A stretch of 64,000 nt of DNA from Vampirovibrionales bacterium (GCA_044358835.1 JBIKNF010000009.1:6174-70173), one strand, 5' to 3'. Numbered from the stretch's first letter, positions 1 through 8,370 are shown. A program made the numbers and translations. The notes: generated by a model from the sequence alone, not told the origin.

Positions 1-155
1 AAGTCAATGCCTAAATCTTGGGTTTCGAGGCGGTTGCCAAACCAATTAAACCAGTTAAACCATTTCACGATGGGGGAACTCCTTGTTGGGTGGGTTAAGT
101 TAAACAAATAACCGCTTTTAGTTTAAGACAAGCAAACAAAATCACCAGTGGCCCG

Positions 156-485
156 TTACATACCCGGTAGTTTGAACCCTGGAATGTTGAGGCCTTTGGT
201 CAAAACGCCCATTTTGTCTTGGGTTTGCGTCATAATCGATTGTGTTAAGGCTTCAAGGGCTTCTACCACTAAAGCACCCGTTTGATCCCCTTGGGCTTCT
301 TTGGCGATGTCGACTTTCCAGTCTTCAAATTTCCCTGTACAAGAAACACTTACTTGTCCGTTCTTGGACTTCCCTTCAAAGCGTGTTGACGCCAATTCTT
401 CTTGAATTTTCATCATTTGGTCTTGCATTTTTTTGGCTTGACTCATCATTTTGGCCATATCAAACATCATTTTTAGGGTCTCCAT
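156..485 (-). CDS. ybaB: Nucleoid-associated protein YbaB/EbfC family
   Basis: 109 aa. Met/Lys/Gln-rich N-terminus, a central 'GxVxVxxxG' segment and a C-terminal 'IPGFKLPGM', all like E. coli YbaB. Confidence 0.8.
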   Translation of the reverse strand: METLKMMFDMAKMMSQAKKMQDQMMKIQEELASTRFEGKSKNGQVSVSCTGKFEDWKVDIAKEAQGDQTGALVVEALEALTQSIMTQTQDKMGVLTKGLNIPGFKLPGM

Positions 486-564
486 ATAAATTAAACACAG
501 GGTGTTATAGACTCATAACCTTAATTTTTATCATAACAGAAATAGGATTTTATGCTAGACTTAA

Positions 565-700
565 TTTTAAGAATGCGTAGAAAAAGTCTTTTTTGCCTTA
601 TCCCTTTTGCTTATGGAAGAAGGCTAGAAGGGGGGAAACACCAGCTATGACTGGACATCCAAGAACCCTCACCCCAACCCTTTTCCATAGGGAAAGGGAG
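565..700. repeat. Dispersed palindromic repeat family, locus A: reverse unit ~570..645 plus truncated forward unit 664..700, head-to-head
   Basis: The reverse complement of 605..645, 'ggtgtttccccccttctagccttcttccataagcaaaagg', matches 56287..56330. 664..700 'ccctcaccccaacccttttccatagggaaaggg' matches the same unit start in forward orientation. Confidence 0.65.
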
Positions 701-724
701 TAATCTCGGCACATTCTTGAATAC

Positions 725-1843
725 ATGATGAAAAAGGAAAGCCCTGTGACTTCATTTTGGAACAAAACGTGGAATACTCCTTTACGACTGGGCTGGATGC
801 TGAAATCGGCGTGGTTACAAACGGGGCGTCATGCGGATGTAATGTACCCGCTGTTTTTAATTCTGCTTTTAAGTGGCCTGCTGAGTCCCTCGCCTGCTCA
901 ACTCGCTTCAGGCGAAGGCGTGATTTTGCTGTGGCAAGGCTTATGTATGCTGACGACCCTAACGCTGATGAGTGGCTGGATGCAAGTGCTTCACGCGCGC
1001 ACGTGGTTGCTGATGTTAGAAGAAGCCCAAAAGCACCCCAAAGAACTGTTATTAGACCCTGCCCGCGTGCCGTTTGCTGATTTTAGCCAAGCGTCGTTAG
1101 AAGCCCCCCCAGGATGGATGAACCCGCTGCAACGCACAGAAGGGGATCAAAGCGCCGCGCAAGACGCCAGTAAGCTTGAGCGCCCAAGTGTGACCCGCCC
1201 GACCCTAACGCCCCTATTTCAAGGCATTGGCCGTTTTTGGGGACGCAGTTTCGCCATTAACGCCCTTCAAGGCATCGCCTTTGCGTTGGCGGTGATTCTG
1301 CCTTTTGTCTTGATTTACAAAACCTATGGCGTGCCTGATTTGTTCGCGCAAGCCACGCCTGAATCGCTTGAACGGTTGGCCAATCTCAGTTCGGCTCAAA
1401 TGCAAGCGATGCTTTTAAAATTGCCTGCCGCCCAAATTACGTTGATTAGCCAGTGGATGATGGGCCTGTTTATTTCCATGATTTGCGCCTTGTTGGTCTT
1501 TCTCGCCACCGCTTTGTGGTGGGTTACCATGCTGGTGTGTGATGCGTCGATTGGTCGAGCGTTGATGTTACAATGGCGATTTTTTAAGCACGATTACCTG
1601 CGAGCCGTCTTCATCGCCGCCGCTCAAGTCGGGATTTTGGGCTTTTTTGTGATGTATCCCTTGGCGCATTCAGGCAACGTGTGGGTGAATATGCTGTTGA
1701 ATGTGGGCTTGTTTTTTGGCTTTTTATTTTCCACGCACTTGGCCTTTATTTATGTGTATAGTGTCGTAAAACCTCCGTTTTTACCGCCCGCTCTTCGAGA
1801 AAGCATCCTTAAAAAAGCCTCGACGCTGGATGCCATTGCTTAA
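725..1843 (+). CDS. Hypothetical polytopic membrane protein
   Basis: 372-aa ORF with multiple hydrophobic segments and GC-rich codon usage. I recognise no family. Confidence 0.5.
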   Translation: MMKKESPVTSFWNKTWNTPLRLGWMLKSAWLQTGRHADVMYPLFLILLLSGLLSPSPAQLASGEGVILLWQGLCMLTTLTLMSGWMQVLHARTWLLMLEEAQKHPKELLLDPARVPFADFSQASLEAPPGWMNPLQRTEGDQSAAQDASKLERPSVTRPTLTPLFQGIGRFWGRSFAINALQGIAFALAVILPFVLIYKTYGVPDLFAQATPESLERLANLSSAQMQAMLLKLPAAQITLISQWMMGLFISMICALLVFLATALWWVTMLVCDASIGRALMLQWRFFKHDYLRAVFIAAAQVGILGFFVMYPLAHSGNVWVNMLLNVGLFFGFLFSTHLAFIYVYSVVKPPFLPPALRESILKKASTLDAIA

Positions 1844-1915
1844 TGAGGCATCATTATTTTTTGAGGCTATTTAATGCTGATATTCTTAACTTGTGTTTTC
1901 ATATAGGATTTCATC

Positions 1916-2818
1916 ATGGTCAGTTTTAACCCTTCTACGTCGTTACGTTCTGGTAGTTCTCTATCTAACTTATCCCATTTCGAAGCATTACAAAAAATAG
2001 CTAGAGAAGAGTTTGGTTTGCAAAGCGTTATTTTTAGAGATAACCTGCAAACCGCTCAAGAAGTCATCACGGTGTTAAGAGATTTAAAAGAACGTCGCTA
2101 TGATCTTTCGGGTATTTCTATTGTGGTTTCTGAAAAGGCACTTAAAGCAAAAAATCGCTGGGCATATAATATACCACATACTGCGCCTGATGAATGGATT
2201 AACGAACGTTTTCAAGCATTTAAGTATACACTTCCCCCTCATGAGCAATCTATTACAGATCCAATCAAGCAAAGAAAAATACTGGAAAATCCTTCTATAG
2301 AGGGATGGACTGACTATACTAGAAAAGGTTCTAAACAGAGGCCTTCAATCACACTTGATCCACTCCATAACTATTCTTCAGAGCAAATACATGAGATAAT
2401 ATATCATGAACTAGGGCATGCTTTACACTATAAGCGCTTGGCTCCATATATTGACAAGGCTCCTATGAACATGAACAACATCAAAGGTAAAGGGAAAAGC
2501 AAATTCGAGCTTATAAAATGGGTGAACTATGAAGCGTTTAAAAAGCTGTATGCGGCATTAGGTTTTCTTGATAATGGTGTTCCAACGAAACTCCCCAAGA
2601 AACTTATTGCAAGAAGGTTAACACCTTATGGGTGTGTAAATGTAATGGAGTTTGTGGCGGTGTATTTTCAAGAAGCCATGTCACAGTCTTCTTCTAAACC
2701 CACTGAGGCTTATCCGTTTTATAAGAAAGTAATGCATGTGTTTGAATCGTTTCGGTTAAAGTGGATATACATGAAGTTAAAAGGTCCTGAAATTCGTCCG
2801 AGGCCTTCAAAACCATGA
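1916..2818 (+). CDS. Hypothetical HExxH zinc-metallopeptidase-like protein, AT-rich
   Basis: 300 aa. Contains 'IIYHELGHALHY', a HELGH signature reminiscent of M78/ImmA-IrrE zincins. GC is ~38% against ~52% in the neighbours. An 'aggat' RBS lies upstream. Its stop overlaps the next gene's start (ATGA). Confidence 0.55.
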   Translation: MVSFNPSTSLRSGSSLSNLSHFEALQKIAREEFGLQSVIFRDNLQTAQEVITVLRDLKERRYDLSGISIVVSEKALKAKNRWAYNIPHTAPDEWINERFQAFKYTLPPHEQSITDPIKQRKILENPSIEGWTDYTRKGSKQRPSITLDPLHNYSSEQIHEIIYHELGHALHYKRLAPYIDKAPMNMNNIKGKGKSKFELIKWVNYEAFKKLYAALGFLDNGVPTKLPKKLIARRLTPYGCVNVMEFVAVYFQEAMSQSSSKPTEAYPFYKKVMHVFESFRLKWIYMKLKGPEIRPRPSKP

Positions 2819-3642
2819 ACTTAAAACAACGTAAAGCCCAGCTCGATGCCTTGGTGGCGACCTATCATCACCCTGATTTTGTGCGAGACGACCCCATGCA
2901 GTTTGCGGCGCCGTTTAAGCATGATCTTGCTCGATGTGAAGCCAACGCCTTGTTGTCTGCCTTATTGAGCTACGGCAGGCGAGAAGTCATCATCCGCAAG
3001 CTCACCGAATTATTCGAACGCCTAGAAGCCCCCGTCTACGACGTGCTTCAGGCGGAAAGTCTCGTGCCTGTGGAAAAACGCTTGGCAGGCTTCATCTACC
3101 GCTTTAATACGGGGGCGGATATTGTTCATTTACTGCGGTGGTGGCACGCCTTTTATGAAAGGCATCCGTCGCACTTGGCGTGTTTAGAAAGTTTGCCCCA
3201 AACGCAACACGGCGTGACCCGTGACACCCTCAAACCCGTGATGACCGCTTGGCTCGATGCGTGGTTGCCTCCTGATTTTTTAGCAGGGGGCTATAGTTAT
3301 GGCACACGATACTTGGTGCCTCATCCAGCTACAGGCGGAGCCTGCAAACGTCTGCACATGGCGTTACGCTGGCTGTGCCGAGATGATGCGTTTTTAGGCG
3401 AAAACGCGGTTGACTTTGGCTTGTGGACGCACGTGATTCCACCCCATGCCTTGCTCATGCCCATGGATACCCATGTGGGGCGGTTGTCTCGGCAGTGGGG
3501 GTTGCTCAAGCGAAACAGTACGGATTGGAAGGCTGCGGAAGAACTCACGGCACGACTGGCTCGCTTTAACCAGGGGGATCCGTGTCGTTACGACTTTGCA
3601 TTTTTGGGTTATGGCGTCGATGAGGTGCGGGGTCGACTATAG
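2815..3642 (+). CDS. Conserved hypothetical protein, possibly DUF2400/TIGR02757-like, with an HhH-GPD-like 'PxDTHVxR' motif
   Basis: 275 aa, GC-rich. The motif 'LLMPMDTHVGRLSRQWGL' resembles the catalytic region of EndoIII/MutY/AlkA-type glycosylases. The family name is from memory, not from a search. Confidence 0.5.
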   Translation: MNLKQRKAQLDALVATYHHPDFVRDDPMQFAAPFKHDLARCEANALLSALLSYGRREVIIRKLTELFERLEAPVYDVLQAESLVPVEKRLAGFIYRFNTGADIVHLLRWWHAFYERHPSHLACLESLPQTQHGVTRDTLKPVMTAWLDAWLPPDFLAGGYSYGTRYLVPHPATGGACKRLHMALRWLCRDDAFLGENAVDFGLWTHVIPPHALLMPMDTHVGRLSRQWGLLKRNSTDWKAAEELTARLARFNQGDPCRYDFAFLGYGVDEVRGRL

Positions 3643-3667
3643 CCGCCTTTAGAGCTTCCTGTTCAGG

Positions 3668-3756
3668 GTCTATACTTTGTCGCTACGATTATTTTGTTCC
3701 GTTATGTACGTCTATGTACACGCCCTCACAAAATAATCTAGGCTCCTCGTCTAGCC
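3668..3756. repeat. Left arm of a ~90-bp imperfect inverted repeat flanking hicB
   Basis: The reverse complement of 4300..4395 aligns to 3668..3756 at ~85% identity with one 6-7-nt indel. Shared blocks include 'gtctat', 'ttgtcgctacgatt' and 'tacacgccctcacaaaa.aatctaggctcct'. Confidence 0.75.
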
Positions 3757-3796
3757 ACCTGTACAGAAAGCTCTAAAAAACGGCTATATGAAGCCA

Positions 3797-4231
3797 TTAG
3801 ATCCACACATCTTTCGTGTTGTTGAGAAAAAGGGCATCCCCTTTACGACGTTGCGGATTCGGTACAGTCTCAAATTGTAGGGCGATCAACCGTTCAATAA
3901 ACTCCCCTGCACTGATTTTCTGGGCTTTGGCTGCTTTTTTCAAAAAGTCTTTTACCTCAGGTCTTAGCTTGGTGTTGAAGGTTTCACGTCCTAAAGCGGG
4001 GCGTCCCACAGGTTTGGGTGTTGAAAGTTCGGCGACTTTGTTTTGAGCTAAATCTTCTAAGCAGTCATCCAACATTTCAGACAGCATTTCCATGGCGGAA
4101 TCTTTGCTCATGCCTGTGCCAATGGCGATGTCCCAAGTGGGGCAGTATGCGGTAAAGCAATTGTCTTCTTCGCTCCATTCAACACGAGCGTCTTCCATGA
4201 GTTGTTTTTTACTTAGGTTCACGATTGGCAT
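3797..4231 (-). CDS. hicB: HicB-family antitoxin: HicB N-domain plus C-terminal ribbon-helix-helix
   Basis: 144 aa. 'WSEEDNCFTAYCPTWDIAIGTGMSKDSAMEMLSEML' matches the HicB N-terminal fold signature (DGGYxAxxPDLPGC...G.T.EEA). The C-terminal 'GRPALGRETFNTKLRPEVKDFLKKAAKAQKISAGEFIERLI' is RHH/CopG-like. Confidence 0.65.
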   Translation of the reverse strand: MPIVNLSKKQLMEDARVEWSEEDNCFTAYCPTWDIAIGTGMSKDSAMEMLSEMLDDCLEDLAQNKVAELSTPKPVGRPALGRETFNTKLRPEVKDFLKKAAKAQKISAGEFIERLIALQFETVPNPQRRKGDALFLNNTKDVWI

Positions 4232-4299
4232 CTTTCATTTTTCTTAAAAACTGTCTCACATAAACATCCATAGTGTTCGTTAGATGAAACAGGCTATGA

Positions 4300-4395
4300 G
4301 GCTATTCTAGGAGCCTAGATTTTTTTGTGAGGGCGTGTAGTGAGACCTACATAACTAAACAAAAAAATCGTAGCGACAACGAAGAGACCATAGAC
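4300..4395. repeat. Right arm of the inverted repeat flanking hicB
   Basis: See the left arm. Lies in the hicA-hicB spacer and ends 5 nt before the hicA-like stop. Confidence 0.75.
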
Positions 4396-4399
4396 CGTT

Positions 4400-4576
4400 T
4401 TATATAACGGATACTATATAACTTGACGTTTGGAAGCCTTTACTGTGATGTATGGCAAAGGGCATCAGCAAAAGTCCGTCAATATCAATGACCTTATGGT
4501 GCTTGGTGCTGTGTGTAATGGAACAACCATAGGAGCGTACCAGTTTTTCAAAGGCTTTTTCATTGAGTGGACTCAT
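4400..4576 (-). CDS. hicA: Possible HicA-like mRNA-interferase toxin; start taken at the internal Met
   Basis: An 82-aa ORF that I truncate to 59 aa. 'KLVRSYGCSITHSTKHHKV...MPFAIHHSKG' loosely fits the HicA/YcfA pattern (GSHxxF...PxH). It lies immediately upstream of hicB on the same strand. Similarity is weak. Confidence 0.4.
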   Translation of the reverse strand: MSPLNEKAFEKLVRSYGCSITHSTKHHKVIDIDGLLLMPFAIHHSKGFQTSSYIVSVI

Positions 4577-4672
4577 CACATTTTTCAACCTGTCGTTCAA
4601 CACTTTTAGTATAATATAATGCGTACGATATGTCAATATCGTACGCACAAAATCCTTTTAATAGGCTTCGAC

Positions 4673-7600
4673 TTAAGCTAAGTCGCCTGTGGATTCCGCT
4701 GTAGAGAGGGCTTCAAGTGGAGCAATCGGTTGAGACTCCCCCGCGTCTTCAGCACCTTCCACATACTGCTTTTCCATGCCGTGACTGCGGGCAAAGGCTT
4801 CGGCGTCAAAATTTTCAGACACTGGCACATCGATTTGAATCTTACTGCGGAAAAATAGGCTGACCACATCGTTTTGAATCTGCCACATCAAACGCTGGAA
4901 CAATTCAAAGGCTTCACGCTTGTATTCCACCAAGGGATCCTTCTGCCCGTAGGCTCGCAAGCCAATGCCGTCGCGTAACATATCTAAATTATGGAGGTAG
5001 TCGACCCATCGGTTGTCAACCACCTGAAGCGTGATGTCTCGTTCCATTTGACGCAAGGGGTGCAAACGCTCAGCAATGGTGGCTTCGCTCAAGCCTTGGG
5101 CTTCCCATTCAGCGCGTTGAAGGGCGTCTTGCCCGCTGAGCTGAACACCGTGTTCTTGCTGAAGTTGTTGCATCAATTGCCCGATTTGTGTTTCTAAATC
5201 CACGTAAAGTTCCTGGGCTTTGGCTTGCAACAGGGCAATCAACTCACGAAACTCCTTGTTGTGCAGATCTTCCACACGAAGGACGGCTTGTAAATTGGGA
5301 ATCATTTCAACGGCGGATTGGTACACGTCTTGCAAGGCGCGTTGGGTGTCGGCGTCTTGCCCGCCAGCGACGAATTCAAGGGTCAGGGTGCTACTGACGC
5401 ATCGTTCCATGACTTTGTTGAGCATGTGAAGCATCGACTCTCGCAACCCATCCAGTTCTAGCACGCTTTTACGCTGACGATAAATCAACTTGCGCTGTTC
5501 GGTCAACACGTCGTCATACTGTAACACGTTTTTGCGGATGTCAAAGTGATAGGCTTCCACCTTTTTTTGAGCCACTTCAAGCGAAGAGCTCAGTAATTTG
5601 TCCGACAACGGAATACTTTCTTCAAAGTTCATGGCCGTCATCGCATTCATCACCATTTGAGACGGAAACAAACGCAATAAACTATCTTCTAGGGACAAGA
5701 AAAACTGCGTGGTGCCAGGGTCTCCCTGACGACCGGCGCGCCCGCGTAACTGGTTGTCAATACGGCGACTTTCATGGCGTTCACTGCCAATAATGTACAA
5801 GCCCCCTAAATCCAGCACGGCTTGACGCTCCGCATCCGTTATCGGTTGGCGTTCAGCGACTTTGGCCTTGAATTCCGCTTCGCTAAGGCTTTGCCAATCG
5901 ATGCCTTGGGCGTGGAGTTCGTCTTTGACCATGGCTTCGGGGTTTCCGCCTAGTAGAATATCCGTACCACGACCGGCCATATTGGTGGCAATGGTCACAG
6001 CGCCTAAACGCCCGGCTTGGGCGACAATGGACGCTTCTTGGGCGTGGGCTTTGGCATTTAACACGTGATGCGGTATACCCTTTCGAATTTGGTCAATCGC
6101 TACAATGCTACCTTCCATATTTTCAAGCCATTTGGCCGTTTCATAAGACGCCTGCAAGCTGGCTTTAAAAGGCTCAACAGTCGTTTGCCACGCTTCATAG
6201 GTAAGGGTTTCAATTTCAGCGAAAAGCGGGGTGAAGGCGGTAATGGCGTCCTGAAGCTTATGCTGGCTAAGCACTTCTAAAAAGCGCGCGGATTTGCCTT
6301 TAAAGTAGTTGATATGAGGCGTGGTTTCGCGAATGAGTTGCGACACATATTCAGATTGTTCAATAGTGGTGGTTCCCACCAACACGGGGCGCCCTTCATG
6401 GTGACGCATGGCAATAGATTCGGCGACTTTGAGGTATTTTATGGCTTCGCCTTTAAAAATTTGATCAGGTAAATCTTCACGTACATCTTTACGGTTGGTG
6501 GGAATGGCAGTGACTTCCAAGTTATAAATTTTGGAAAACTCACTTTCTTCGGTCATGGCTGTTCCCGTCATTCCTGAAAGTTTGGGGTACAAACGAAAGA
6601 GGTTTTGAAAGGTAATACTGGCAAGCGTTTGGGTTTCGTCTTGAATATCCACCTTTTCTTTGGCTTCAACGGCTTGATGCAACCCATCGCTCCAGCGACG
6701 CCCTTCCATCAGGCGACCCGTAAACTCATCCACAATCACGACTTGGTCATTTTGAACAACGTAGTCTACATCTCGCTTGTAGAGGTGCTTGGCTTTTAAG
6801 GCTGAAATTAAGTGATGCGCCAAGCTCAAGTTTTCGGTGAATAAGTCATCTAAACCCAATAAGTTAGCGGCTTGATCCAAGCCTTCATCGGTCAACACCA
6901 CGTTCTTGGTTTTGGCGTCTGAAGTAAAGTGTTTGTCTACTTCAAACAAGGGGGCTAGTTTGGCCATGGTAAAGTAGGTTTCAGCCGACTGTTCGAGCTT
7001 GCCGCTAATAATCAACGGCGTGCGGGCTTCATCAATCAAAATACTGTCGACTTCGTCAATCACCGCATAGTGAAAGGGACGCTGGGTCATGGCATCTAGG
7101 GTGTTGGCCATGTTGTCTTTTAAGTAATCAAAGCCAAACTCATTATTGGTGCCATACGTAATATCCGCGGCATACGCTTGTTTTTTGACAAAAGGGGGTT
7201 GAAAGCCCGTATTGCTTGAAAGTACACAATCGACGCTTAAGCCTAAAAACCGGTAGAGTTGCCCCATCCATTCGCTGTCTCGTTTAGCCAAGTAATCATT
7301 CACAGTCACCACATGGACGCCTTTTCCCGTAAGGGCATTGAGGTACACGGGCAAAGTAGCCACAAGCGTTTTTCCTTCTCCTGTGCGCATTTCAGCAATG
7401 TTGCCTTTGTGAAGCACATAACCGCCAATAATTTGAACGTCATAATGACGCATGCCCAACACACGCTTACTCGCTTCACGACACACCGCAAACGCTTCAG
7501 GCAACATGGTATCGAGCAATTCTTGTTCCGCTTTGTAATCTTCTTTAAGGTCGGCTTCTTTGGGGCGGTTGCGGAGTTCTTCTTGAAAGAAAGCGGTTTT

Positions 7601-7735
7601 GGCGCGTAATTCATCATCACTTAAGCGACTCAACGTCGCTTCAAAAGAACCGACTTCATCCACGATGTGTTCAATTTTACGAATTTTACGTTCGTTGGCG
7701 GATCCAAATAGTTTTTCCAGTAGTCCTAGCATCAT
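4673..7735 (-). CDS. secA: Preprotein translocase ATPase SecA
   Basis: ~1020 aa with full SecA architecture. This includes 'MLGLLEKLFGS', DEAD-like motor motifs and a C-terminal tail. A GGAG lies 12 nt upstream of the Met at 7735. The ORF track start at 7759 is also possible. Confidence 0.95.
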   Translation of the reverse strand: MMLGLLEKLFGSANERKIRKIEHIVDEVGSFEATLSRLSDDELRAKTAFFQEELRNRPKEADLKEDYKAEQELLDTMLPEAFAVCREASKRVLGMRHYDVQIIGGYVLHKGNIAEMRTGEGKTLVATLPVYLNALTGKGVHVVTVNDYLAKRDSEWMGQLYRFLGLSVDCVLSSNTGFQPPFVKKQAYAADITYGTNNEFGFDYLKDNMANTLDAMTQRPFHYAVIDEVDSILIDEARTPLIISGKLEQSAETYFTMAKLAPLFEVDKHFTSDAKTKNVVLTDEGLDQAANLLGLDDLFTENLSLAHHLISALKAKHLYKRDVDYVVQNDQVVIVDEFTGRLMEGRRWSDGLHQAVEAKEKVDIQDETQTLASITFQNLFRLYPKLSGMTGTAMTEESEFSKIYNLEVTAIPTNRKDVREDLPDQIFKGEAIKYLKVAESIAMRHHEGRPVLVGTTTIEQSEYVSQLIRETTPHINYFKGKSARFLEVLSQHKLQDAITAFTPLFAEIETLTYEAWQTTVEPFKASLQASYETAKWLENMEGSIVAIDQIRKGIPHHVLNAKAHAQEASIVAQAGRLGAVTIATNMAGRGTDILLGGNPEAMVKDELHAQGIDWQSLSEAEFKAKVAERQPITDAERQAVLDLGGLYIIGSERHESRRIDNQLRGRAGRQGDPGTTQFFLSLEDSLLRLFPSQMVMNAMTAMNFEESIPLSDKLLSSSLEVAQKKVEAYHFDIRKNVLQYDDVLTEQRKLIYRQRKSVLELDGLRESMLHMLNKVMERCVSSTLTLEFVAGGQDADTQRALQDVYQSAVEMIPNLQAVLRVEDLHNKEFRELIALLQAKAQELYVDLETQIGQLMQQLQQEHGVQLSGQDALQRAEWEAQGLSEATIAERLHPLRQMERDITLQVVDNRWVDYLHNLDMLRDGIGLRAYGQKDPLVEYKREAFELFQRLMWQIQNDVVSLFFRSKIQIDVPVSENFDAEAFARSHGMEKQYVEGAEDAGESQPIAPLEALSTAESTGDLA

Positions 7736-7863
7736 GGTCAATCGTGCTCCAGCAGTCAAAGGGTATGAATATGTAGGTTATTGTAGCACAAATACAGAAA
7801 CACACCGAAGCCTTCACGCAAATGGCCTATTTTAAAGAACATTTCAACCATTATAAAAAAATG

Positions 7864-7891
7864 TTGACCTTTTCAGCACATCTTCTATAAT
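7864..7891 (+). promoter_or_regulatory. Sigma70-like promoter candidate: TTGACC, 16 nt, TATAAT
   Basis: Near-consensus -35 and -10 hexamers with a 16-nt spacer in the secA/feoA intergenic region. Orientation is toward feoA. Confidence 0.35.
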
Positions 7892-7990
7892 AAAGAAATG
7901 ATTAAGAAAATCATCCTGAGTGAATAAAATTGTTGACCATCCATCAAAAAAATACAGAGACGCAGATTCAAAAGCTTCTGCGTTTTTACG

Positions 7991-8019
7991 TTGCAAATGA
8001 CACGCGTTTGCATTAAGAT
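7991..8019 (+). promoter_or_regulatory. Second promoter-like element overlapping a short inverted repeat (TGCAAA-N9-TTTGCA); possible operator upstream of feoAB
   Basis: 'ttgcaa', 17 nt, 'taagat'. Embedded palindrome 'tgcaaatgacacgcgtttgca'. Does not fit canonical Fur-box spacing. Confidence 0.3.
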
Positions 8020-8085
8020 GAACCTATTAAGTCATGATTTCCATTAAAGGCGTTCTTTTCACTCGTCTTTCGGAGAAAACAACTG

Positions 8086-8370
8086 ATGGTTTTTACAATG
8101 CCTGTTCCTTCAAAAAAAAATCACTCCTTGCCTAATGGGGCTTCTACCCTAGCTGCACAAACGAAAGGCAGCCGCTGTAGCATTGTGCAATTGCTAAATC
8201 CTGAAGCGGAATTGACCTTGTTGCGTTTTGGTTTAGGCGTGGGAGACACCGTTTGCGTGCTTTCAAAAGTCCCCAACAAAGGCCCGCTGATTTTAGAAGC
8301 CCATGACATGGAGTTTGCCTTGGGCTATGACTATGCCTCCTCTATTCTTGTGGATGCAATCCGTGAATAA
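8086..8370 (+). CDS. feoA: Ferrous iron transport protein FeoA
   Basis: 94 aa with the SH3-like FeoA pattern 'SIVQLLNPEAELTLLRFGLGVGDTVCVLSKVP...ILE'. Directly precedes and overlaps feoB. Confidence 0.75.
   Translation: MVFTMPVPSKKNHSLPNGASTLAAQTKGSRCSIVQLLNPEAELTLLRFGLGVGDTVCVLSKVPNKGPLILEAHDMEFALGYDYASSILVDAIRE

Noticed and set aside
1-68. Possible 5' end of a minus-strand gene ('VKWFNWFNWFGNRLETQDLGID...') with AAGGAG 10 nt upstream of a GTG
   Set aside because: Only 22 codons are visible before the window edge. There is no ATG and no recognisable family. It is not the RecR that often follows ybaB. Too little evidence to call.
242-580. 112-aa plus-strand ORF antisense to ybaB
   Set aside because: It is antisense to a clearly conserved gene and has no homology, so it is a shadow ORF.
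757-1080. 107-aa ORF in an alternative frame inside the 725..1843 membrane-protein gene
   Set aside because: It overlaps a longer ORF with a consistent hydrophobic pattern and is Arg-rich, typical of an off-frame GC-rich artefact.
7760-8085. Looked for a canonical Fur box (GATAATGATAATCATTATC) upstream of feoAB
   Set aside because: Only a TGCAAA-N9-TTTGCA repeat with the wrong spacing was found. This is reported as a low-interest finding rather than as a Fur site.
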